A stretch of DNA of 64,000 nucleotides, from NCBI GenBank assembly GCA_964019335.1, contig OZ025678.1, positions 124,001 through 188,000 on the forward strand, in the 5' to 3' direction. Within the stretch, counting starts at the first letter, position 1, and the number at the start of each line of letters is the position of its first letter. Source of the DNA: Diplonema japonicum (lineage: Eukaryota; Protista; Euglenozoa: Diplonemea). Shown in pieces: positions 45,405 through 55,145 of the stretch. Under the pieces are notes generated by a model, which worked only from the letters and a program-made list of their open reading frames with translations, searched no databases and was not told the origin of the DNA. The translations under genes were made by a program, and so were the position numbers.

Positions 45405-45724
45405 CCCCCTTTTTTTATTTTCTGGTCGGGTGGTGGGGGAAGCTACAGCTAGGCCGAGGTGCGCCCCCTGTAATCAAGTAGATGGTGCTTGAGCAGGGCG
45501 CCCCCACCAGCTTCCATTAAATCATCGAGTTTTCTTTTCTTTTTCCTCTTTTCTTGGCTTTTGGAGCTACTCTCTTTTTGGAGCACGTAACTTTCTTTCG
45601 AGGATACCAACGTTCATACTATCTTTGTTGTTTTACTCACAACGATCGCCCTCACCCTTCATTGTTATTATTCTCTCGCCACCATACCCCCATCTCACAC
45701 ACGTAACGAGACTCAAAACCTAAA

Positions 45725-46808
45725 ATGAACACTCTACGTATTGCCAGCCGCACCCTGAGGGCCTTCGCGCCTCTTGCCAGGTCCACCGGTTTCGACCTCA
45801 TGCAGGTGAGGACGAAGGTGACCTCCGCGAAGAAGGCCGCCCCCAAGAAGGTGGTGAAGAAGGTGAAGGCCGCCCCCAAGAAGGTGGCGAAGAAGGCTGT
45901 GAAGAAGGTGGTGAAGAAGACAGCAAAGAAGGTGGTTGCCAAGAAGGTGAAGAAGGTTGTTAAGAAGGTGGTTGCCAAGAAGGCAAAGGTCGCGAAGAAG
46001 GTGTCCGCTGCCGCCAAGAAGAGGGTCGCTGCCGCCAAGAAGAGGGATGTCGCTGCCAAGAAGAAGGCCATCGTCCAGAAGAAGAAGATCGCCGCCCTGA
46101 AGAAGAAGGCCACCGCCAAGGCCGCCCTCATTAAGAGGAGGGCCGCTGTCCTGAGGAAGAAGACCGCTGCCAAGGCAGCCATCCTGAAGAAGAAGGCTCT
46201 TATCCAGAAGAAGAGGGCCGTCGCCAAGGCAGCCATCCTGAAGAAGAAGATCGCCGCCCAGAAGAAGAGGGCCGCCGCCAAGGCAGCCATCCAGAAGAAG
46301 AAGGCCGCCGCCAAAGCCAAGGTGCAGGCCGCCAAGGCCAAGGTGCAGGCCAAGAAGGACGCTGTATGCACAAAAAAGGGGTTTAAAAAAAAAAAAACGC
46401 ATTATTGCATCCAACACACAGGTGAAGGCAAAGAAGGCAAAGATCGCTTCCTCTGGCCCCGTGTCGGCGAGGACTCTGTTCCTCAAGCAGCAGGCTGGGA
46501 AGGGAATGTCCTTCAAGCAGGTGAACGAGAAGTTCAACACTCTTGGTGCCTCTGAGAAGCAGGCCCTTGTGAACCAGGCCCAGAAGAACCTTGCAAAGAG
46601 GAACGAGATCAGGAAGAGCCTGAAGAAGGTATGTTATCTTTGGCAGTCATCACAACTTACAACTTAACAGCCGGCCACCAAGTACGCCCTCTTTGTGAAG
46701 AAGAACTTCGCCACCGCCTACGAGTCTGCCAAGAAGCAGACCAGCGACAAGAAGGTGGCCTTCAAGCTGGCGGTCCAGACCCTGGCTGCGCAGTACAAGA
46801 AGCAGTAA
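45725..46808 (+). CDS. KAP-like protein copy 9; introns 46364-46421 and 46629-46670
   Basis: Same structure; exon 1 has 213 codons. Confidence 0.85.
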
Positions 46809-46994
46809 TAGTAGAGGATACAACTCCCTAGCGAACGAGACAGTTCCTTCCCTTCCAACTACACCCCCTTTCTAGAACGTTTAGATAATAAGGCATTGTA
46901 AGTTATACGTTTTACCCTGTTATCCCACCTTTCTACTCCCCACACAGAGAACCTTAACTCTTTTATATAAAAAAATCCCCCCCAAAAAACTAAA

Positions 46995-49583
46995 ATGAAC
47001 ACTCTCCGTATTGCCAGCCGCACCCTGAGGGCCTTCGCGCCTCTTGCCAGGTCCACCGGGTTCGACCTCATGCAGGTGAGGACGAAGGTGACCTCCGCGA
47101 AGAAGGCCGCCCCCAAGAAGGTGGTGAAGAAGGTGAAGGCCGCCCCCAAGAAGGTGGCGAAGAAGGCTGTGAAGAAGGTGGTGAAGAAGACAGCAAAGAA
47201 GGTGGTTGCCAAGAAGGTGAAGAAGGTTGTTAAGAAGGTGGTTGCCAAGAAGGCAAAGGTCGCGAAGAAGGTGTCCGCTGCCGCCAAGAAGAGGGTCGCT
47301 GCCGCCAAGAAGAGGGATGTCGCTGCCAAGAAGAAGGCCATCGTCCAGAAGAAGAAGATCGCCGCCCAGAAGAAGAAGGCCACCGCCAAGGCTGCCCTCA
47401 TTAAGAGGAGGGCCGCTGTCCTGAGGAAGAAGACCGCTGCCAAGGCAGCCATCCTGAAGAAGAAGGCTCTTATCCAGAAGAAGAGGGCCGTCGCCAAGGC
47501 AGCCATCCTGAAGAAGAAGATCGCCGCCCAGAAGAAGAGGGCCGCCGCCAAGGCAGCCATCCTGAAGAAGAAGACCGCCGCCCAGAAGAAGAGGGCCGCC
47601 GCCAAGGCAGCCATCCTGAAGAAGAAGACCGCCGCCCAGAAGGAGAGGGCCGCCGTCCAGAAGAAGAAGGCCGCCGCCAAGGCCAAGAAGGACGCTGTAT
47701 GCACAAAAAAGGGGATTAAAAAAAAAAAAACGCGTGCTGTAAAACGAATAATGTCGGACGGAAAAATTCTCGGACGGAAAAACTCCCGGACACCAAAAAC
47801 TCCCGGACATTTTTCCGTCCGGGAGTTTTTCTGGGAAGAAGTTTTTTTACTTAAGGGGGGGTAGCAGCTCCCACCACGTTTGCCTGGAAGGGCTTTATTC
47901 CTTGTGCAGAGACAAAATGTTTACCCTGCGTGGCAGGTTGAATTTTTCTTCCCCTTTTAATGCACCAACAAACAGCACCCACGGGATCTTTAACGTCTCA
48001 TAAACCCGTACTTCTTTCGTCAAATTAACCAGTTCGACTACCCAAGGCACGTTGAGCAGCTGGCTTGTGAGGGGCCCAACTTTGGTGCTGGCACCCCGGC
48101 CAGCTCACCCCGAGAGGTGGAGGAGATAAACTTACACCGGGCCGAGAAGGCCAGTACAAACCCCCGAAAGCAGCTTGGCGGGAACAGGTTCAACAGAGCC
48201 CCCAGTTTCTTCCAGACGGAAATACTGGACGTTGCTATTCCACCCTACCACACCCTGGCCGCCTCGACGCCGTGATAGCAGCGTATCGCCCAATACGGGA
48301 TTTGGCATCCTTCGGGGGCTGAAAGGTTTTTGCTTGAGTCGATAGGTAAAACGGGCTTGGCGAGCCTATCCCAGCACAACAAATATGCACCTATGCAGAA
48401 GGGCTGCTGCGCGCCAATCCAGCCCGAAAGACAGACCTGTATGGGGTTAAAAACTAAAACGAAAAGGGGTGCTAAGGTCGTAAGAGTCCGTGGCTTGGGG
48501 GACAAAACGGGCTATAACTGAACAGCTGGCTGTTTCCTTGGCTGGATGGGGTTGCACCGCAACTTAAATACAAAGGCAAAGCGGAAACGCAACATTGTAT
48601 ATCCGTGCCCCGGTCAAGCACCCGCCCATCGAACGGAGCCTAACAGCATCGCCCAATCATTGGGCTAATTATGATACTCGGTATCTGGGTTACGGAGCTG
48701 TTTCTTCCTTTTGCTATAAATCATCGATTCCCATGGTTTTGCCGAATTCTGCTGCTTGTCGGCGACTACACCTCTCATACGACCTATGCCTATGGGTTCG
48801 TAGAGTTGTTCGCAGGCGCAACGTGCACATTGTTTTTGTCCCCCTGGGCTCACCTACATGGTTCAACCGATGGATATTGGGTTGAACGCAGCTGTAAAGC
48901 ATCTATTAAGAAAGGTAGTTGGCCACACGAAGGCTCGACAAGCTGATTGCCTCAGGGGCAGCAAGGGAAGACAAAGATGCAGAAAGGGAACCCTGGGGGG
49001 TTTCTTCGCGCGGTTGCCGTTTGCAGCCCAGGCCAGTATGTAGGTGGTAGTGGACCAGGCCCCCTGACGGCCTTACCTAAAAAAAATTCCCGGACGGAAA
49101 AACTTCCGGACGGAAAAATTCCCGGACGCTAAAAAAACTCGGACATTTTTCCGTCCGGGAGTTTTTCGTTTTACAGTATTTACATCCAACACACAGGTGA
49201 AGGCGAAGAAGGCAAAGATCGCTTCCTCTGGCCCCGTGAGGCCGAGGGCTCTGTTCGTTAGCCAGCAGGCTGGCAAGGGAATGAACCTCAAGCAGATGAG
49301 CGAGAAGTTCAACACTCTTGGTGCCTCTGAGAAGCAGGCCCTTGTGAACCAGGCCCAGAAGAACCTTGCAAAGAGGAACGAGATCAGGAAGAGCCTGAAG
49401 AAGGTATGTTATCTTTGGCAGTCATCACAACTTACAACTTAACAGCCGGCCACCAAGTACGCCCTCTTTGTGAAGAAGAACTTCGCCACCGCCTACGAGT
49501 CTGCCAAGAAGCAGACCAACGACAAGAAGGCGGCCTTCAAGCTGGCGACCAGGACCCTGGCCGCCCAGTACAAGAAGCAGTAA
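46995..49583 (+). CDS. KAP-like copy 10 with pogo-like insertion in intron 1; exons 46995-47696, 49197-49403, 49446-49583
   Basis: Exons are intact. Intron 1 (47697-49196) contains a TIR element. Confidence 0.75.
47737..49176 (+). mobile_element. pogo/Tigger-like DNA transposon remnant
   Basis: TIR CTGTAAAACGAA/TTCGTTTTACAG with a TA flank on the right and TG on the left; subterminal CCGGAC repeats. Fragments KTKTKRGAKVVRVRGLGDK and VQPMDIGLNAAVK. Confidence 0.88.
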
Positions 49584-49975
49584 AATGCTTGATCTAGAGG
49601 AGACTTCAATTAATTAACAGTAAATTACTTCAAAATAGTTTAGAGGTTACAGCTCGTGTTTGTGTGAAGCGAAGTGAGGCGATGGAGCTAAAGAGTCCCC
49701 CTCCTTTGCTTTGAGCTGTTCTTAAAACGATTATTTCCCTCGATTCACAATCTTTTGTATAGGTTTCGTACCGCCCCCCTCTGCTTTTCTTTCGATTTCT
49801 TTTTGTTTCCCTCCCTCTCTCGGCCCTAGCGGACGAGACAGTTTCTTCCCTTCCAACACCCCCTTTCTAGAACCCTTTAGTTAGCAAACCATTTTACATT
49901 TTGCCCCGTAAACCTACTCTTCACAGAGAGAAAGTTAACTTTCAAAAAGAACTCCCCCCCCCCAAAAAAACTAAA

Positions 49976-50713
49976 ATGAACACTCTCCGTATTGCCAGCC
50001 GCACCCTGAGGGCCTTCACGCCTCTTGCCAGGTCCACCGGTTTCGACTTCATGCAGGTGAGGACGAAGGTAACCTCCGAGATGGGTGTGGACGAGGAACA
50101 AGTAGTGAAAAAGACAGCCACTCTTGCCAGCAAGAAGGCCACCCTTGCTAACACAAGGGCAGCTCTGAACAAGAATGGGAGTAGCGAAGAGGAGCGGATC
50201 GAAAAGAAGCGGGATACCAAGGCAAATGCCTTGAAAGAGGCTGTGTGCACAAAAAATAATAGTAATAATATAATAACAACAACATAAACCACACAGGTGA
50301 AGGAGAGGAGGGCAAAGAATGCTTCGGAAAAGAAAGCAAAGATCGCTTCCTCTGGCCCCGTGTCGGCGAAGACTCTGTTCATCAAGCAGCAGGCTGGCAA
50401 GGGAATGTCCCTCAAGCAGATGAGCGAGAAGTTCAACACTCTTGGTGCCTCTGAGAAGCAGGCCCTTGTGAACCAGGCCCAGGAGAACCTTGCAAAGAGG
50501 AACGAGATCAGGAAGAGCCTGAAGAAGGTATGTTATCTTTGGCAGTCATCACAACTTACAACTTAACAGCCGGCCACCAAGTACGCCCTCTTTGTGAAGA
50601 AGAACTTCGCTGCTGCCCACGAGGCTGCCAAGAGGGAGACTGACGACAAAAAGGAGGCCTTTAAGCTCGCGACCAAGGCCCTGGCCGCCAAATACAAGGC
50701 TTCTCAGAAGTAG
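49976..50713 (+). CDS. KAP-like copy 11 (short acidic variant); introns 50243-50296 and 50528-50569
   Basis: Exon 1 has 89 codons with DEEQ/SEEE. Exon 3 is of the copy-3 type (AAAHEAAK...YKASQK). Confidence 0.8.
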
Positions 50714-50791
50714 GCAAACATATCAGTAGTAGGTAAACAACATCTTCTTTGCTTTGAGCTGCATAATTTTGGCTTATCAAAAAACGAAATA

Positions 50792-52942
50792 CTGTAAAAC
50801 AAAAATCCACCGGAAGATAAAATATCCGGACCGCCGAAACATCCGGTGATTTTTTCTTCCGGACATTTTTTTGGGGCACTTTTCAAGGGGGCACCTAGCC
50901 TGCCCTACGCACTGTCCCCTCCCCCTGTCTGCTGCATGTTTCCCTGGAAAAACTTATGTTTGTGTTGCAAGAGTCTTAAAAATGGCAAAAATAAAACTAA
51001 AAAAAGGGGGTGAGGAACGTCCTACCTGTCCGTCTTTGCCTTTGGCAGTGCGCTTGTCCGTCTTGTTTGCTGCTTTCGCAGCCTTGGCAGAGCACTTGGC
51101 CTCGGCCTCAGCAAGTCTTTGCTGGGTCAAGGGGGGGGAGCATTTCTACTGAAGAAAAAGAAGAAGAAACGGAAAACGAAGTTTCGTCCACCCAAGAAGC
51201 GGCGGAAACCGTACTTGTGTCAGATGACACGACAATCGTGTCATCCAACACTTCTCTGGCCCCTTCCAGCTGCCTAGCAAGCTTGGCATATTGCTGGTCT
51301 TCCCACTCTTCCCACTCTTCATCTCCGCAGCACGTCGCTGCAACGGCAAGCACACCACAGTATGCTGCTGCAATGAGAGAATTCTCCCAGCAGGACTCCA
51401 CCAAGGCTCTAAAAAACGCCCGAAACAATGGGCCCAGCTTGCCTGCTGACATGCTCCCAGGCTGCTTCAACCCACCTGGCAGAAAAAAGAGGGAAAGTTG
51501 AATTATCTTAGTTTACTTTTAAAAAAATACCTCAGATGTGGTCCTTTTATCTCACTTGTACTTGGTACCGTCCACCCTTCCTGACGGTTCCCTTCTTCCA
51601 CATACTTGTCCAGCCTCCTCATAGACCACTTTTTATACTTGGGGAGCTGTTAAACTCCAGCCTTTTGGGGTGTGCAACACGAGGGACGGACCCGGGGTAT
51701 TTCCTGCAGCGGGCTGGTTCTGTTCTTCCCGTGTAAATTAACTGCGGATGCAGTTTGCCACCAGACAGGGAAACGCAAAACTGTCCGGTGACGGCACGCT
51801 TGTCCCCCAAGCCCCTAACCTTGACAACCTTGGAACCCCTTTTAGTCTTCGTCTTCTTCCCCAGCGGCAGCAGGGGAAGCGCCGTCTGGTCCATGTTCCA
51901 GGTCAACTCTGGCCTGATCCCATGTTCTTTGATGGTCCTTCCGACGTACTCTGCGAACCTCCTCGCTGCTTGGGTGTCATTGAGGCTGCTAGACTTCCCT
52001 GTTGTTGGGCGGCGGCTTGTCATGCCATGCTTGGAGCACAGCTGGTTGGCCCAGGCTTGGGAGAAAGACACCGTTCCCCCAAACGCCTCGAGGTTCTCCT
52101 TCCGCAGCGGGTTGCAGCGCAGGAGACCCTCTGCATACAGGCAGATGTCCAACGCTGCTACCGGCACCCCCCTTCCGTTCTGCACCTGGATCCAAGCAAA
52201 GAGCTTGGTTGTTTCTTCCTCGTTCAGAAGAGGCTTGCGACCCGCAGTAACGGGTGCGGCAGGGGGATCGACCTTGGAGCTACCAAAGCGGTGTTTCCAG
52301 TCTGATATACTGGACGTTGGCACCGTGATGTCTTCCTTCGCGCGGTACCAGCGCTGGGCCGCCGTGGTACCATAGGTGGCTGCGTAGCGGCCTATTTTGG
52401 CCTTTTCAGCCTCAGCAAGCTTGAGCTTCGCAGGAGGCTTTCTTGCTTTCTTGGCGGCGTGCAAGGTGTTGATCTCTTGCACTTCCCTGGGGGTAAGATG
52501 GCCGGAGTTGCCAGCATCCAAAAAGGTACGCTTGCCAACCCAGTTAGTCGAAGTGCCCTGTTGCATTTTTGAAAAAGTTAATGAAGAGTAAGTTTAATGA
52601 AAGATTAAGCGTCTGGAATGTGTTTAGGGGCTAGGAAAATGAGAAATAAAAAGCACAAGAACAACCCTAAAGCAATCACAAGGGGTGGTTCGGTTCGACA
52701 AGTTTGTGGTAGAAGCGAACAATCAGGATCTGAGGTATCTTTTAGTTCTTGGAAAAGTCCGTAATTCAATTCTCTCTGATTTTCGTTTGATTTTTCTCTT
52801 GCTACAGAAACTAGTTTCATCCGTTTTCGGGTCCAGCCCTTAAAAGAAAAGGGGGTCCCGGGAAAGAAATGTCCGGAAGAAAAAATATCCGGACCGCCAG
52901 AGCTTCCGGACATTTTATCTTCCGGTGATTTTTGTTTTACAG
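50792..52942 (-). mobile_element. pogo-like DNA transposon (Brinker + CENP-B HTH + internally deleted DDE)
   Basis: TA TSDs and TIR CTGTAAAACAAAAATC.ACCGGAAGATAAAAT. ORF 52566-51619 contains KIGRYAATYGTTAAQRW, FSQAWANQLCSKHG and WNMDQT. C-terminal GPHLR|WVEAAW is restored across intron 51530-51476. Confidence 0.92.
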
Positions 52943-52960
52943 TATATCATCTGTTCAACT

Positions 52961-53012
<52 letters not shown>

Positions 53013-53404
53013 AAACAGAGTGGAATTTTCGTTGCGGCTCTGTGGCGACCTATTGCATATATTGCATATTAGCCCGTGCGCGTTCGGACCTCAGCATTAA
53101 AGCACGAGAGGATGTGCATCGAAGGGCCCCTTAGCCACAGCTTGACCTGCGGCTAGTTTATTTTAGAAACAAGATTTTTGTCCACTCTCCCATCAGTTCT
53201 CTCGCTTTCCGACCGACAACGCCTCCCCTCTAGAATGTTAAGATACTGATGTATGACATTATTCATTATACTTTTTACTCTGTTGTTATTCAGATAATAA
53301 GGCACTATAAGTTATACGTTTTGCCCTGTTATCCCACCTTTCTACTCCCCACAGAGAACCTTAACTCTTATTAAAAAAAAAAAAAAAAAACCTCAAAACC
53401 TAAA

Positions 53405-54670
53405 ATGAACACTCTCCGTATTGCCAGCCGCACCCTGAGGGCCTTCGCGCCTCTTGCCAGGTCCACCGGTTTCGACCTCATGCAGGTGAGGACGAAGGTG
53501 ACCTCCGCGAAGAAGGCCGCCCCCAAGAAGGTGGTGAAGAAGGTGAAGGCCGCCCCCAAGAAGGTGGCGAAGAAGGCTGTGAAGAAGGTGGTGAATAAGA
53601 CCGCAAAGAAGGTGGTTGCCAAGAAGGTGAAGAAGGTTGTTAAGAAGGTGGTTGCCAAGAAGGCAAAGGTCGCGAAGAAGGTGTCCGCTGCCGCCAAGAA
53701 GAGGGTCGCTGCCGCCAAGAAGAGGGTCGCTGCCGCCAAGAAGAGGGATGTCGCTGCCAAGAAGAAGGTCGCCGCCAAGGCTGCTGTAGCCAAGAAGAGG
53801 GCAGCTGTCATTAAGAGGAAGGCCGCCGTCAAGGCCCTCGCCCTGAAGAAGAGGGCCGCCGCCCAGGCCAAGAAGGCAAAGGACGCGGCAGCTCTTGCCA
53901 AGAAGAAGATCGTTGCTCAGAAGCAGAAGGCCACTCTTGCGAAGAAGAAGATTGCCGCCAAGGCTGCTGCCGTGAAGAAGAGGGCCACTCTTGCCAAGAA
54001 GAAGGCCGCCGCCCAGAAGAAGAAGGCCGCCGCCAAGGCCAGCCTCATGAAGAAGAAAGCCGCCCTTAAGAAGAGCTCCGCTGCCCTCAAGAAGAAGAAG
54101 GCCACCGCCGCGAAGAAGAAGGCCGCTGCTGCTGCCAAGGCCGCCGCTCTGAAGAAGAAGGCCAAGGCCAAGGTGCAGGCCGCAAAAGCCAAGGCGCAGG
54201 CCGCCAAGGCCAAGGTGCAGGCCAAGAAGGACGTTGTATGCATATATTTATATAAAAAGGGAGGGGTTTACATAATCACACAGGTGAAGGCGAAGAAGGC
54301 AAAGATCGCTTCCTCTGGCCCCGTGTCGGCGAGGGCTCTGTTCGTTAGCCAGCAGGCTGGCAAGGGAATGTCCCTCAAGCAGATGAGCGAGAAGTTCAAC
54401 ACTCTTGGTGCCTCTGAGAAGCAGGCCCTTGTGAACCAGGCCCAGAAGAACCTTGCAAAGAGGAACGAGATCAGGAAGAGCCTGAAGAAGGTATGTTATC
54501 TTTGGCAGTCATCACAACTTACAACTTAACAGCCGGCCACCAAGTACGCCCTCTTTGTGAAGATGAACTTCGCCACCGCCTACGAGTCTGCCAAGAAGCA
54601 GACCAACGACAAGAAGGCGGCCTTCAAGCTGGCGACCAGGACCCTGGCCGCCCAGTACAAGAAGCAGTAA
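53405..54670 (+). CDS. KAP-like protein copy 12 (longest); introns 54236-54283 and 54491-54532
   Basis: Exon 1 has 277 codons; same exons 2 and 3. Confidence 0.85.
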
Positions 54671-55145
54671 AATGCTTGATCTAGAGGAGACTTCAATTAA
54701 TTAACAGTAAATTACTTCAAAATAGTTTAGAGGTTACAGCTCGTGTTTGTGTGAAGCGAAGTGAGGCGATGGAGCAAAAGAGTCCCCCTCCTTTGCTGAG
54801 CTGTTCTTAAAACGATTATTCCCATTCACAATTTTTTGTATAGGTTCCCTACCGCCCCCCTTTTTTTTTCATTTTCGATTTCATTTTTTTTTCTCTCCCT
54901 CTCTCGACATTATTTTCTTCTATTCATCCCCCCCGCCCCTTCATTTATGTGTCGCAAATTTGTTATGCTTGATTATATTCTGATTTTTTTTTCTATTCTT
55001 CCATTTTTCTAGGGGGAGAAAAAAAGAAATAGTACTATCGGTAACTTTGACACAAATTGTCCCCTTTTTTTTTATTCCCCCCATCGTTTTCGTATCAAAG
55101 TTGTCACAGCGGGGAGAGGAGAGCGAAGGGAGGAGGACACAAAAA

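Noticed and set aside
52945-53160. Long A run followed by a GC-richer segment with CTGTGGC/GCCACAG pairing
   Set aside because: It could be a retroposon tail or an ncRNA, but there is only a 7-bp stem, no TSD and no second copy in the window.
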